In this document: positions 52,031 through 62,598 of the stretch, in pieces | How positions within the stretch are numbered: the first letter of the stretch is position 1 | How the letters are laid out: the number at the start of each line of letters is the position of its first letter | DNA from: Bacteroidota bacterium | Lineage (GTDB): Bacteria; Bacteroidota; Bacteroidia; UBA7662; JAIXUI01 | Length of the DNA: 64,000 nt | Direction of reading: 5' to 3' | NCBI GenBank assembly: GCA_027484125.1 | Contig: JAIXUI010000040.1 | Span: 1,426-65,425, forward strand | The notes under the pieces: model-generated | Database searches by the model: none | The model's input: the letters and a program-made list of their open reading frames with translations, nothing else | What the model was told of the DNA's origin: nothing | Translations under genes and position numbers: made by a program

Positions 52031-53926
52031 ATGCGAGGTTTATTATTGGCTATCGGTTTATCCTTATTCTCCACTTGTCTTTTCGCTCAAAAAAAGATCG
52101 AGTTCGATGACCTGTCATTGCTCAGGCGCGAACTTGATAGCATTGATTATGCCCAAGACTCTACCTCGATAGCTACTTTATCTCTTCGAATTGAAGAGCA
52201 GGTAAGAAGTATAACTCCATCGAAATTCAACGATTGCATTCAAATAATCGCCAATACCACCAATGAATCTTCAACTCCGGAGCGGCATTATCGGTTTTTG
52301 GCCACTGCTTTAGCCTCTTTTCATGAGGGCAATCTCGGAAGAAGGAACTTTGACCAAATTTATCAAGCTATTCAGCGTATAGCCCCTCCAGCTTCCACCC
52401 TATGCAATGCCATCATTGACCTTTGGCAATGTCAAAGTTTTGAGCGCGCCAAGGATTTTCCCAATGCTATCAAGTTTGCAAAATCATCTCTACGAGGGCA
52501 CATAGCCATAAACGCTCACGGTGATGCCTGTAATGGCTTTACCCTGGTAGGCATACTCTATACCAAAGCTAAACTTTGGAAAGAAAGCGTGATCTGGCAT
52601 AAAAAGGGCCTTGATTACGCGTTGAAACACCAAATTCCAATTTGGATTTCCCTTACCTCCGGAAATCTTGGGAATGCGCTATTGCAAGTAAAAGACACCA
52701 TTCAAGCGCTTAAGTACTTAACTATCGACTTAGAAACAGGCACCAAACTCAAAGCATACAGCAGCATTGCCAATACCTGGACCCTATTAGCGCGTATCGC
52801 CAAAAAAAGAGGACAATACTCGAAATGGAAATCGGGCTTGGATAGTGCCAGCTATTACGCCCAATTGGCTTTTCCTGACGGTGGTAATCATGAAAGAACC
52901 TGGTATGAAATCTATTTTGAATGGTCAGATTGGCATCGGTATATCGGAAATTATCAAGAAGCGATGAAATACCAATCGCTCTTCTATGAAAGCAAGCACC
53001 GCCATGATAGCTTAGAAGAAAAGCGATTTTCTACGGAGTTATTCAACCTGCTTGAGAAAAAGTACCGAGACAAGGAAATGAGTTTGCTTCAGTCAGATTT
53101 AGAGCAAAAAGCCTCATTGAACAAATTATATGGTGTATTGCTGTTTGTCATGGTTGTTTTTTTAGGAACACTCTCCTACTTCATTTACAACTTAAGAAAG
53201 AAAACCAAACTGGAGCAAGAATCCAACGCTCGACTTGAATCACTCAATCAGCTTAAAGACAGGATGTTCTCCGTAATTTCTCACGATTTGCGTTCTCCGT
53301 TGGCGAGCTTAAGTGGATTGATTGAGTTATTTAATCAGGATGATTTATCAGAACAAGAAAAATCTTATTTCCTCGAGGAAGTCAAAACGCAATTGGGGGC
53401 AACTATGACTTTACTTGACAATCTGCTCCAATGGTCCATGCTTCAGTTTAAAGGAGAAAGTTTACCCAAACCAGTCAATCTCCCTATTGCGGAAGAAGTA
53501 AAACAAATATTGACCTTACTTCAAGGACAAGCGAAGCGAAAACATATTCAACTTACTTCTACCATACCCATGGAGTTGTCAGCCACCTTCGACTCGAATC
53601 ATTTTCAGCTAATTCTTCGCAATCTTATCAGCAATGCCATAAAATTCTCACATCCAAACTCAATGGTTCAGATAAGTGCGAAGAAAAAGGACTCAATAGT
53701 TGAAATTGAAGTGAGAGATACTGGTGTAGGTATTCCGGAAGAGGCGATGCATTCCCTATTCAAAAGAAACTCTTACCACAGCACCTTTGGCACTAGCGGA
53801 GAAAAAGGAGCTGGACTAGGATTAAGCCTCTGCTATGATTATGCAGTATTAAATGCTGGAAAACTAGAAGCCAGTAGCCAAGAAGGAAAAGGGAGTACCT
53901 TTTGCTTGAGCCTTCCCGCTAGCTAA
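52031..53926 (+). CDS. TPR-containing membrane sensor histidine kinase
   Basis: Signal peptide, TPR-like helices, TM, H-box SHDLRSP, NLISNAIKF, DTGVG, GAGLGL, GKGSTF. Confidence 0.92.
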   Translation: MRGLLLAIGLSLFSTCLFAQKKIEFDDLSLLRRELDSIDYAQDSTSIATLSLRIEEQVRSITPSKFNDCIQIIANTTNESSTPERHYRFLATALASFHEGNLGRRNFDQIYQAIQRIAPPASTLCNAIIDLWQCQSFERAKDFPNAIKFAKSSLRGHIAINAHGDACNGFTLVGILYTKAKLWKESVIWHKKGLDYALKHQIPIWISLTSGNLGNALLQVKDTIQALKYLTIDLETGTKLKAYSSIANTWTLLARIAKKRGQYSKWKSGLDSASYYAQLAFPDGGNHERTWYEIYFEWSDWHRYIGNYQEAMKYQSLFYESKHRHDSLEEKRFSTELFNLLEKKYRDKEMSLLQSDLEQKASLNKLYGVLLFVMVVFLGTLSYFIYNLRKKTKLEQESNARLESLNQLKDRMFSVISHDLRSPLASLSGLIELFNQDDLSEQEKSYFLEEVKTQLGATMTLLDNLLQWSMLQFKGESLPKPVNLPIAEEVKQILTLLQGQAKRKHIQLTSTIPMELSATFDSNHFQLILRNLISNAIKFSHPNSMVQISAKKKDSIVEIEVRDTGVGIPEEAMHSLFKRNSYHSTFGTSGEKGAGLGLSLCYDYAVLNAGKLEASSQEGKGSTFCLSLPAS

Positions 53927-54911
53927 TCTTTTTTGTAAGTCGTTCCATTTCAGGACGTGGAGGCGCATTTCGATATAAGATGTTATAAACAGCCTCTGTA
54001 ATTGGGAGGCTAACCGCAAATTTCTCCCGCAGTGCTTCTACGCAAACCACTGCATAATAGCCTTCCGCAATCATGTTCATTTCAATTTGGGCATTTCTTA
54101 CTGAGTAACCACGGCCAATCATATTGCCGAAAGTGCGGTTTCTGCTGTACTGCGAGTAAGCCGTAACCAGCAAATCGCCTAAATAAGCAGAGCCTTTTAT
54201 ATCGCGAGTGATAGGATGATAGACCTGCAAAAAGGCCTCCATTTCCTGAATAGCATTGGAAATAAGCACTGCTTGAAAATTATCTCCATAACCTAATCCA
54301 TGGGCAATCCCACTGGCTATAGCGAAGATGTTCTTCATTACAGCAGCTATTTCCGTTCCCCAGATGTCATCTGAAGGGTTGGTACGAATGTATCTACAAG
54401 CTAAAGCCTGAGCCACCTGATGGGCTAATGCGGCATTCTCACTACCGATGGTGAGGTAACTTAATTTTTCCATGGCCACTTCCTCCGCATGACATGGCCC
54501 TGTAATAACGGCCAGATTCTCAACAGGCACCTGGAAAAACTGATGGAAGTAGTCGGCGATGAGGATATTCTCTCCCGGTATCATACCCTTGATAGCAGAG
54601 ACCACTTTTTTACCGACAAGCTCTTCTGGTTTGAGGCTCTGAAGAGCAGCCCTTAAAAAAGCAGCAGGAACTGCCATAATCAAGATGTCCGCTTTACTTA
54701 CCAATCGTTTGAGGTTGGTGCTCACATGATCGCGGCGCAATTTAACTTCTACAGTATTCAAGTAACGGGGATTGTGGCCATACGCTCGTATATGTTCCAC
54801 TGCTTCGTGGTCACGCATCCACCAGTACACCGGCTGGCGAGCATCGGTCAGAATTTTGACCAAGGCTGTTGCCCAACTGCCGCCACCAATTACCGCAAAA
54901 ACGGGCTTCAT
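53919..54911 (-). CDS. gpsA: NAD(P)H-dependent glycerol-3-phosphate dehydrogenase
   Basis: GGGSWATAL, KG, GPCHAEE, KNIFAIASG, GDLLVT..S..SRN, AEG. Confidence 0.96.
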   Translation of the reverse strand: MKPVFAVIGGGSWATALVKILTDARQPVYWWMRDHEAVEHIRAYGHNPRYLNTVEVKLRRDHVSTNLKRLVSKADILIMAVPAAFLRAALQSLKPEELVGKKVVSAIKGMIPGENILIADYFHQFFQVPVENLAVITGPCHAEEVAMEKLSYLTIGSENAALAHQVAQALACRYIRTNPSDDIWGTEIAAVMKNIFAIASGIAHGLGYGDNFQAVLISNAIQEMEAFLQVYHPITRDIKGSAYLGDLLVTAYSQYSRNRTFGNMIGRGYSVRNAQIEMNMIAEGYYAVVCVEALREKFAVSLPITEAVYNILYRNAPPRPEMERLTKKIS

Positions 54912-56293
54912 TACTTTTCTTTTGAATAAAGCGCCTTGCGCGATACTACTTTCACCTTGGTCTTGTTATCCAGCTTTTTGGAAATGCTTGAATAAGGGCC
55001 GGAAATAACCTCTTGACCAGCCTTAATTCCAGAAGTTATGGCGATCCAAGCGTCATCCTGAATGCCCACCGTTACCTTCTGCGCTTTGGAAATGCCATTT
55101 TCAACCACAAATACCACTTCGTGATTGGTCAATTTATCTCCAGATTTAGAAGATTCCGACGACTCTGAATCCGTTTCTTCGTCGCTTGAATCTTCTGTCT
55201 TTTTGAGCAAACTCATTTCTCCTTTGCTATTAAAAGACCGAATGGTGACAGCTTGAATGGGCACTGCCACTATTCCGCTCACACGGTCAGTATGGATTTC
55301 AACCGATGCTGACATTCCCGGGCGGAAAGGCACCTTTTTCTTTTTAAGCAAATCCTCGTAGGAGCTGTTGAGTAAGTGAATTTTAACTGCGAAGTTGGTT
55401 ACTTGATCCGATGCAGCAGCAATTCCTCCGGAAGAATTAGCAGAGTTGGAGACTTCCGTCACGATTCCCTTAAAAAAGCGACCAGGATAAGCATCTACTT
55501 CGATATCGGCAGTATCACCGACAGAAATTCTTACAATATCCGCTTCTGACACATCCACTTTTGCCATCATGGCGTTGAGATTGGCTACGCGCATCATCTC
55601 AGTACCTGCCATTTGGGCTGTTCCTACTACTCTCTCACCCAACTCAACATTCAACTTGGTGACGATGCCTTCCATTGGGCTGTAAATGGTAGTTCGGAGT
55701 AAGTTTTCTCTGGTTTCCTTTACCCCGGCAGAAGCACTGTTGATGGTAAACTCAGCAGCAGCAACCGACTGGCGAGCCGACTCAATTTCCTGAACACTGG
55801 TTTCATACTGCGCTTTTGCCGCATCAAACTCGGCATCAGAAATCACCTTTTGCTCAAAGAGTTTCTTGTTTCTGTTATAGTTGAGGCTAATATTTTTGAA
55901 ATTAGCTTCAGCTTGCTTCAAACGCGCAGCCGCATTGGCTTTGGAAGCCTTGGCATTATTCACCGCTGCTTCGGCCCGTTCAAGTGCCGCTTCGATTATT
56001 TGCGGATTAATTCTAACAAGCAGTTGGCCTTTCTTAACAGAATCACCTTCCTTTACATACAGTCCAATGATTTCGCCTGAAATTTCAGAGGATATCTTGA
56101 CTTCTGTTTCTGGCTGGACCTTTCCATTGGCAATGACTGTTTCCACGATATCTCGGAGTTCGGCCTTTTCAACGGTTACATTTTCCAGGGACTCACCTCC
56201 AATCCAGCCTGCTTTTTTCGCTACTATAGCCGCTATCAGCAGTAAACCTACCGCAATGAGCAGCAGGTGAAGGGGTTTTAGTTTTCGCTTCAC
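54911..56293 (-). CDS. Efflux periplasmic adaptor (MacA/HlyD-like)
   Basis: V.ANGKVQP, ISGEI..LYVKEGD.VKKGQLL, coiled coil, SPMEGIV, RPGMSA, VPIQAV. Confidence 0.93.
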   Translation of the reverse strand: MKRKLKPLHLLLIAVGLLLIAAIVAKKAGWIGGESLENVTVEKAELRDIVETVIANGKVQPETEVKISSEISGEIIGLYVKEGDSVKKGQLLVRINPQIIEAALERAEAAVNNAKASKANAAARLKQAEANFKNISLNYNRNKKLFEQKVISDAEFDAAKAQYETSVQEIESARQSVAAAEFTINSASAGVKETRENLLRTTIYSPMEGIVTKLNVELGERVVGTAQMAGTEMMRVANLNAMMAKVDVSEADIVRISVGDTADIEVDAYPGRFFKGIVTEVSNSANSSGGIAAASDQVTNFAVKIHLLNSSYEDLLKKKKVPFRPGMSASVEIHTDRVSGIVAVPIQAVTIRSFNSKGEMSLLKKTEDSSDEETDSESSESSKSGDKLTNHEVVFVVENGISKAQKVTVGIQDDAWIAITSGIKAGQEVISGPYSSISKKLDNKTKVKVVSRKALYSKEK

Positions 56294-56342
56294 GCTGCAA
56301 AGGTATTATTTGTTCATTAAGCAGAGGGAAATGCCTGTGGAC

Positions 56343-57791
56343 TTAGTCATTGATTTCGACTTGTCCACCTCTATAAAATTCCAGTATTTTCTCACGAAAC
56401 AACAATTCATACTGACTTTGAATGAGGGCTGCTTCAGCACGTTGAGCATTGTTTCTCGCCAAGAGAAAATCGGCAGAATTGAGTAACCCTTGCTCAAATC
56501 TGGCTGAGGAAAACTGAAGCGCTTCTTTTTGTGCTCGTAGATTTTCCTTATTAGCCTGATGGCGCAGCATGGCCGCTTTAAAGTCTGTGTATGCTCGTGC
56601 TATGTCTTGGTAAAGGGTGTTTTTCTGCTGTTCTGTATTAAGTCGAGCTAATTCCTTTCCCGTTTGGGCTCTTTTAACGCTATTGCGAATCTGGCCTTGT
56701 GAAAAAATAGGGATGGAAAGCCCAAGACCTACGGTAGTTCCAAGGTTATCGGAAAGCTGATCTCCGAAAGCGGTGGTGCGGAAACGGGGTACGCCTTGTA
56801 CCCCAAAAACTGTATCGAGGCTGTTGCCTACAAACCCAATGGGGAAAACCTGAAAAACAGTAGAACCGGGAATAGACGACTTTCTAGAATCAGACCAAAG
56901 AGTATTGACATTACCGAACAAATTTAAGCGAGGATAATGACCTGCCTGAGCCACCTTAAGCCCATATTCAGCAGCTTTTTCACGAAACTCGGCTCCTTTG
57001 ATTTGTGGATTCCGGCTAACACTTTCTTTGAAGAGTTCATCGATGCCGGCAGCAAGTGCACGCTCATAATTTTCACCACCAAGTTTTGGAGCCTGAACGT
57101 CAAAATTATCAGACACTTTAAGCATCATGAGCAACTGCAAATTCACTTTAGCCAGTTGCAACGCATTTTCCGCATTCACCACATTAAGCTCATCGTTGGC
57201 GAGTTGCGCTTTCAAACTATTGAGGATATCAGCACGCAGCGCACCTGCCTCGAACAGCTTTTGATTTCTCTCAACCTGAGCTTTGGCATTCTCACGCTGA
57301 GCTTTGGCCATACCAACCAGCTCCTTTTGCTGAAGCACTTGCAGGAAGAAATTGGCCAGGCTCAATACCATGTTATTCTTCGTCAGTTCCAAATCGTATT
57401 GGCCAGCCATAAAGGCATGAGCCTGCTGACGAATGCTATTGTTAAGCGCAAAACCATTGAACAACGTGACCGAACCATTGAGGTTGAAAGAAGCCGAGTT
57501 GATGGTTTGTTCGTTGAAGGTATTGGTGAAGGGGTCGATCACACGACCAGTATTTAAACTCTGATTGATGGTGGAGTTTATGGCCGGCAATCGTTGTAAT
57601 CTCAACGTATTCAAATCATTACCAGATTGTTCCAAGTTTATTAGGGCTTGTTTTACGCTGATGTTTTCCTTCAGCGCATGCTCCACACATTGGCGAAACG
57701 ACCACGGACCGGAAGGCTGACCAATCGTTGAAAAGTGGATGAAAATTACAAGTGAAGCCGAAAACAGCAAAAAAGGAGACGAATACCTCAT
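56343..57791 (-). CDS. TolC family outer-membrane channel
   Basis: WSFRQCVEHALKEN, LFNGF, G.YP.LNL, LSIPIF, RFEQGL. Confidence 0.92.
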   Translation of the reverse strand: MRYSSPFLLFSASLVIFIHFSTIGQPSGPWSFRQCVEHALKENISVKQALINLEQSGNDLNTLRLQRLPAINSTINQSLNTGRVIDPFTNTFNEQTINSASFNLNGSVTLFNGFALNNSIRQQAHAFMAGQYDLELTKNNMVLSLANFFLQVLQQKELVGMAKAQRENAKAQVERNQKLFEAGALRADILNSLKAQLANDELNVVNAENALQLAKVNLQLLMMLKVSDNFDVQAPKLGGENYERALAAGIDELFKESVSRNPQIKGAEFREKAAEYGLKVAQAGHYPRLNLFGNVNTLWSDSRKSSIPGSTVFQVFPIGFVGNSLDTVFGVQGVPRFRTTAFGDQLSDNLGTTVGLGLSIPIFSQGQIRNSVKRAQTGKELARLNTEQQKNTLYQDIARAYTDFKAAMLRHQANKENLRAQKEALQFSSARFEQGLLNSADFLLARNNAQRAEAALIQSQYELLFREKILEFYRGGQVEIND

Positions 57792-58056
57792 AAATACGTT
57801 GGATAACCACTGTAAAAGTGATGAAATGAATGGAGAATAGCACTAACCTTAACCTATTCTTTGCATAAAATTAGCATTTAAGGGATTAAACAGGGATTCA
57901 TCAAACTATAGAAATTACAAACCATATTAACAGGTTAAACTATCAAATAATAACAAACTTCCTACGAATATCTGATGAAAAAACTGCTAACTAGACATGA
58001 AATTCTGAAAAGACTAATGTTTTAATAAGCTACTTTAGATAAAGTTTTTTTAAAAG

Positions 58057-61000
58057 TTGAAGAAGATAAATATCGCCAACCATTCAACTTCTCGTGTAAT
58101 AGGAATTGGAGCTTCTGCCGGTGGGCTTGACCCCATACGGCTGTTCATGAGCCAGTTAGATGTAGAAGAAGATCATTCGAAGGCTTTCATTCTGGTGATA
58201 CATCAAAACAATCAGTTTGAGAGTCACTTACTAGAAATACTAGCGTCAGAAACCGCACTACCCATCAAGTGGGCAGAAGACGGCGACCAAGTACGAGGCG
58301 GGCAGGTTTACCTATGCCCAGCACAACATGACCTTTGGATTCAAGATGGCCAATTCAGATTTACGCCTGGAAAAAAATCCATGCCTGGGCCCTCTATCGA
58401 TCGGCTTTTCACCACCATGGGGGTGTGTTTTGGCGGCAGTGCTTGTGGCGTTATACTATCCGGTACAGGACATGATGGCGCAAAGGGTGCCCAAGCAATT
58501 GCTCAAGCCGGAGGAAGTGTATATACCCAACTGCTCAGTGAAGCCCAATTCCCACAAATGGCAGAAGCTTGTTTACGGAGTTGCCCAACTGCCCAGGTTG
58601 TTTCCATCAAGAACATGATGGCTGAAATCCGTAATTGCGATGCAAGCCTATCATCACCGCCTCAAACTTACTCAGCCGCAGACCAAGTTAAACATGTTGT
58701 AATCCATCATCTTCAGGAAGCATGGAACCTTGACACCAACTGGTTTCTTCCTGAGTGGCAATATGCATTTTGGGACAACCTCAATAAGAAATGGGGCAAC
58801 ATGCCCATACCCATTCAAGAGCTTCCATCCGAACTTAAAAGTTATGCTAAATCCTATTTCTTAGCGTCTAATGACACCTTCTTTTATGGGTTAAAAGAAA
58901 TAGCCCGAATAAAAGAATGGTTAATCCCTTATTTCAAGCCACAATTACAAAATACCCCATTTCGAGCATGGGTACCGTTTGCCGGAAGTGGCGAATTTGC
59001 CTATAGTATTTCTTTGTGCATTCAGCAATTATACGACGAAGGGTATCCATCCAAGTTAGTTCAGATTTTCGCAACAGGCATTGAAGACGTTGAGATAGAA
59101 CAGGCTAGAAAAGGGCTCTTTAAAAAAAGTGACATCGCCCAAGACCTTCCTTCTGAATACTGGAAATATTTCCAAGATTCACGAAGTTCTGATAGCTTGG
59201 AAGTTATTCAAGAAATTAAATCCCGCATTATTTTTAGCAGTCATAGCCCATTCTCAGATCCGCCTTTCCTTCATTTAGACCTGGTAGCCGCCGGAAGTTT
59301 CTTTACTAGACTTACGCAAGAGTGCAAGCATAAATTGAGAGACCTTTTTGCGTTTTCGCTTAAAAAAAATGGCTTACTCCTTACCTGTGACCCCCACTGG
59401 ATTGATTTTTCTTTTGGACCTTTTCTTCCGTACAAAGATTTACCTGGTTTCTTTATACTTGATTCTACCATTGGCCTAAAACCTATTCGATTTCAAACTC
59501 CCAAACAAAATAAGGCAACATGGTTTAGTCAATATGTGCATCAAATGGTTGCCAAAAAGCAAGAACCACAGCATATTCATACCTCTGAAATTCAAGAAAA
59601 GCAGTTTATCATAACCAATCTCAATTTTGAGATTATTCACCTTTCTGATGGCCTTCAACCCATTCTTAACCTTCCTAATGGGCCTATTAATCAGAACTTA
59701 TTTCATTTCCTCGACATACAACTGGAAACAGAGGTCAAAGCTAGGATTACAGCTTTAAAAAACCATCACCTACGCGCCAGAAGTACCTTTAGGCGGCTTA
59801 AGTTTTTCGATCAGCGCTATTACTTCATAAAAGTAAGAACAGCGTTTTACCATAGCGGCGAAGGCGAACTAACAGGGTATTTAATAGCTTTCGATTTGAT
59901 TCCTGAGGAAGAAATCATGGAGCTTCCCGGAATATCCGATAACCTTGGTGCCATAGAACAGCACAGTCAAAAAAGCGAATTGGAATCCTTAAAATATCGG
60001 CTTGAAAACTCTTTAGAAGAGCTAAAACTATCCGGGAAGATTCAGCAGGATCTTAATACAGAACTTCAGCTCGCAAATCAACAATTGCAGCAAACGGTTG
60101 AGCAGTTAGCGAGTTCAAAGGAAGAACTTGAAAGTTCTAACGAGGAACTTAAAGTGGCTTATCAAGAATTAAAAATTATTTATTCAGAATTAGAGAGTAA
60201 AGATCAAAAACTTGAATCCGCTCATTCAAGGCTTCAAAATCTAATCACTAATTCATTTCAACCCTATTTACAGCTCAACATGCGGTATGAAGTAGAATTA
60301 TTTAACAGCATGGCAGCAGAAGTATTCAGAGATTGCGCCAATATTCAACTTGAAATCGGAAAGTCTCTTTTACATGAGTTAAGTACTCAAAACTTGGAAA
60401 GCTTCCTTCGCTTTTTCCATAGTGCTGCCAAAGGTGTGGTAGAAAGAGGAGAATTTAAACTTACAGATAATAAAAATCGGAAAAGGCATTTTTACTTTAC
60501 TGCTTCTCCTTTAGTGAATGAATCAGAGGAGGTAGAGCATATTCTCTACAATTTCTTAGACTTTTCAGACCTCAATGAAATTAAAGAAGAACTGGAAGAT
60601 CGGAATCAGCTCATTGAATCTGTATTTAAAGTAGTAGATGTTGGCTTGGTGGTAATCGATCATCAAGGAATTATCTTAACGTGCAACGAGGCCGTAACCA
60701 AAATTATCGAGCTTGATTTAATTGAAATCATAGGTAAGAAATCCAGTGACTTACTCCATCTTCAACCTCTTCACAACACTTATTTCAAACACAATGAAAG
60801 CACCCAAAACTTGTATGAGTTAAGTCTTGGCAATGGAGTTTATAAATTGGTGCAAGCAACCAATCGAACCATTAGCCTTCATGAAGGATTGAGCATGCAG
60901 GTGATCTCTATTCTTGACATTTCTGACAAAATCCGATATCTCAATCTATTGGAAGATACACAAGCCGCAGCACACGTTGGCGGTTGGGAATATGACTTAA

Positions 61001-62406
61001 GAACAGGAAAATTCGAAATCACGGATGAAGTAAAAAGAATCCTTCCCAACATGCCATTGGAGGAGCTTTCCATGGAGCAAGCCATCCGCTGGTTGGCCCC
61101 TGAAAGCCAACTTATTTTCAATAAGCAACTTCAAGCGCTTTTTAATGGTTTAATTATCTTAGAGGAAGACCTTTTATTAATTGAAAAAAATAATCAAGAA
61201 ACGTGGCTTCACATAGTGGCCAAACCGTTTGTGGTTAATGGTCACGTTCGAAAGATTATTGGAACAGTTCAAGATATAACGGATAAGAAAATCTCTGAAC
61301 TAGAACTTAAAAAACTATCATTAGTAGCCAGTAAAACACACAATGCGGTTATCATCACCAATAACAAACAGGAAATAGAATGGGTAAACGAAAGTTTTGA
61401 AAAAATGACCGGGTTTACTTTTGAAGAGGTAATGGGTAAAAACCCTAAATTGCTACAAGGAAAAGACACTGACCCTGAGGCTATAAAAAGAATTTCAGAG
61501 AAGCTCTCTAAAAAAGAACCCCTTACGGAAACTATCCTGAATTACCATAAAAACGGGACCCCTTATTGGATTGAACTTACTATAACTCCCGTTCTCGATG
61601 AACAAGGAAAAGTGGAAAAATTCATCTCTATAGAGTCGGATGTTACCCATGAAAAAAACATCGAACAACAACAAAAGCATTTGCTGCGCGAATTAACCAG
61701 GCAAAATCAGGAACTTCTTCGATTTTCCTACATAACCTCTCATAATCTACGTGCTCCCCTTGCCAATATCTTAGGTCTATTAAACCTTTTCGATAGAAGT
61801 CATTTGCCAACCCAGGAAGACAAGTTTGTGCTTGATAATTTATTCGAATCGGCTAACACCCTCAACAGCACCTTACAAGATTTAGTAGAATCGCTGCACC
61901 ACAAAACTGAAGGCGAAAAAGCTAAGACGATTTTATCTATGCAAGAAGCATGGGAACATGTAAAGCGTTTGTTCACCAATCAGCTCGTCGAATCAAACGC
62001 TATCATTGACGTCCATTTCGAGCATTGCCCTTACTTGCTTTGGAATAAAAACTACCTCTACAGCGTCCTTCAAAACCTGTTATCTAACTCCATCAAATAC
62101 CGAAAACTTACAGAATCTTTACGTATTACCATCTCGATGGAAATTCATAACCAGGAGCCGGTGCTTAACTTTTCAGACAATGGACAAGGTTTCGATGCGG
62201 AACGTTACCAAGACCGGCTTTTCGGACTTTACCAACGTTTCAATTCAGAAGTAGAAGGTAAAGGTCTCGGATTATTCATCGTCAATAGCCAACTAAAAAG
62301 CATGGGTGGCCATATTGAAGTATGGAGTAAGCCGGGAGAAGGCGCCAAGTTCACCCTTTATTTAGGCAAAAACGCCCTGCCGCCAAACAATTCAAACCAC
62401 CAGTAA
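58057..62406 (+). CDS. CheB / degenerate CheR / coiled-coil / multi-PAS histidine kinase fusion
   Basis: IGASAGG, PSIDRLF, LSGTGHDG (CheB); eroded CheR motifs; EELESSNEEL coil; PAS/PAC (VNESFEKMTGF..EEVMGKNP..LQG, NYHKNGTPYW); SHNLRAP, NLLSNSIKY, DNGQG, GKGLGL. Confidence 0.88.
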   Translation: MKKINIANHSTSRVIGIGASAGGLDPIRLFMSQLDVEEDHSKAFILVIHQNNQFESHLLEILASETALPIKWAEDGDQVRGGQVYLCPAQHDLWIQDGQFRFTPGKKSMPGPSIDRLFTTMGVCFGGSACGVILSGTGHDGAKGAQAIAQAGGSVYTQLLSEAQFPQMAEACLRSCPTAQVVSIKNMMAEIRNCDASLSSPPQTYSAADQVKHVVIHHLQEAWNLDTNWFLPEWQYAFWDNLNKKWGNMPIPIQELPSELKSYAKSYFLASNDTFFYGLKEIARIKEWLIPYFKPQLQNTPFRAWVPFAGSGEFAYSISLCIQQLYDEGYPSKLVQIFATGIEDVEIEQARKGLFKKSDIAQDLPSEYWKYFQDSRSSDSLEVIQEIKSRIIFSSHSPFSDPPFLHLDLVAAGSFFTRLTQECKHKLRDLFAFSLKKNGLLLTCDPHWIDFSFGPFLPYKDLPGFFILDSTIGLKPIRFQTPKQNKATWFSQYVHQMVAKKQEPQHIHTSEIQEKQFIITNLNFEIIHLSDGLQPILNLPNGPINQNLFHFLDIQLETEVKARITALKNHHLRARSTFRRLKFFDQRYYFIKVRTAFYHSGEGELTGYLIAFDLIPEEEIMELPGISDNLGAIEQHSQKSELESLKYRLENSLEELKLSGKIQQDLNTELQLANQQLQQTVEQLASSKEELESSNEELKVAYQELKIIYSELESKDQKLESAHSRLQNLITNSFQPYLQLNMRYEVELFNSMAAEVFRDCANIQLEIGKSLLHELSTQNLESFLRFFHSAAKGVVERGEFKLTDNKNRKRHFYFTASPLVNESEEVEHILYNFLDFSDLNEIKEELEDRNQLIESVFKVVDVGLVVIDHQGIILTCNEAVTKIIELDLIEIIGKKSSDLLHLQPLHNTYFKHNESTQNLYELSLGNGVYKLVQATNRTISLHEGLSMQVISILDISDKIRYLNLLEDTQAAAHVGGWEYDLRTGKFEITDEVKRILPNMPLEELSMEQAIRWLAPESQLIFNKQLQALFNGLIILEEDLLLIEKNNQETWLHIVAKPFVVNGHVRKIIGTVQDITDKKISELELKKLSLVASKTHNAVIITNNKQEIEWVNESFEKMTGFTFEEVMGKNPKLLQGKDTDPEAIKRISEKLSKKEPLTETILNYHKNGTPYWIELTITPVLDEQGKVEKFISIESDVTHEKNIEQQQKHLLRELTRQNQELLRFSYITSHNLRAPLANILGLLNLFDRSHLPTQEDKFVLDNLFESANTLNSTLQDLVESLHHKTEGEKAKTILSMQEAWEHVKRLFTNQLVESNAIIDVHFEHCPYLLWNKNYLYSVLQNLLSNSIKYRKLTESLRITISMEIHNQEPVLNFSDNGQGFDAERYQDRLFGLYQRFNSEVEGKGLGLFIVNSQLKSMGGHIEVWSKPGEGAKFTLYLGKNALPPNNSNHQ

Positions 62407-62598
62407 CCAATAGGCGAACCGATATTTCTTTAACAGAAAATCCACTTAACCAAGCGACTGAATAACGCGCAAGTCACTTTCTTGAGTGTCTAAATTGGCC
62501 TACTGAGCTTTCATCGCGAAGTACTGGCCCACTAACACTTCCTTCACATAAATCATAAAGAGGGAAGCAGGTCCGTTAACGATGCTTATTTTTAACCC

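Noticed and set aside
58057..62406. Evidence for a chemotaxis pathway
   Set aside because: No cheA, cheW, cheY or MCP present; CheB-CheR-PAS kinase fusions occur independently of motility.
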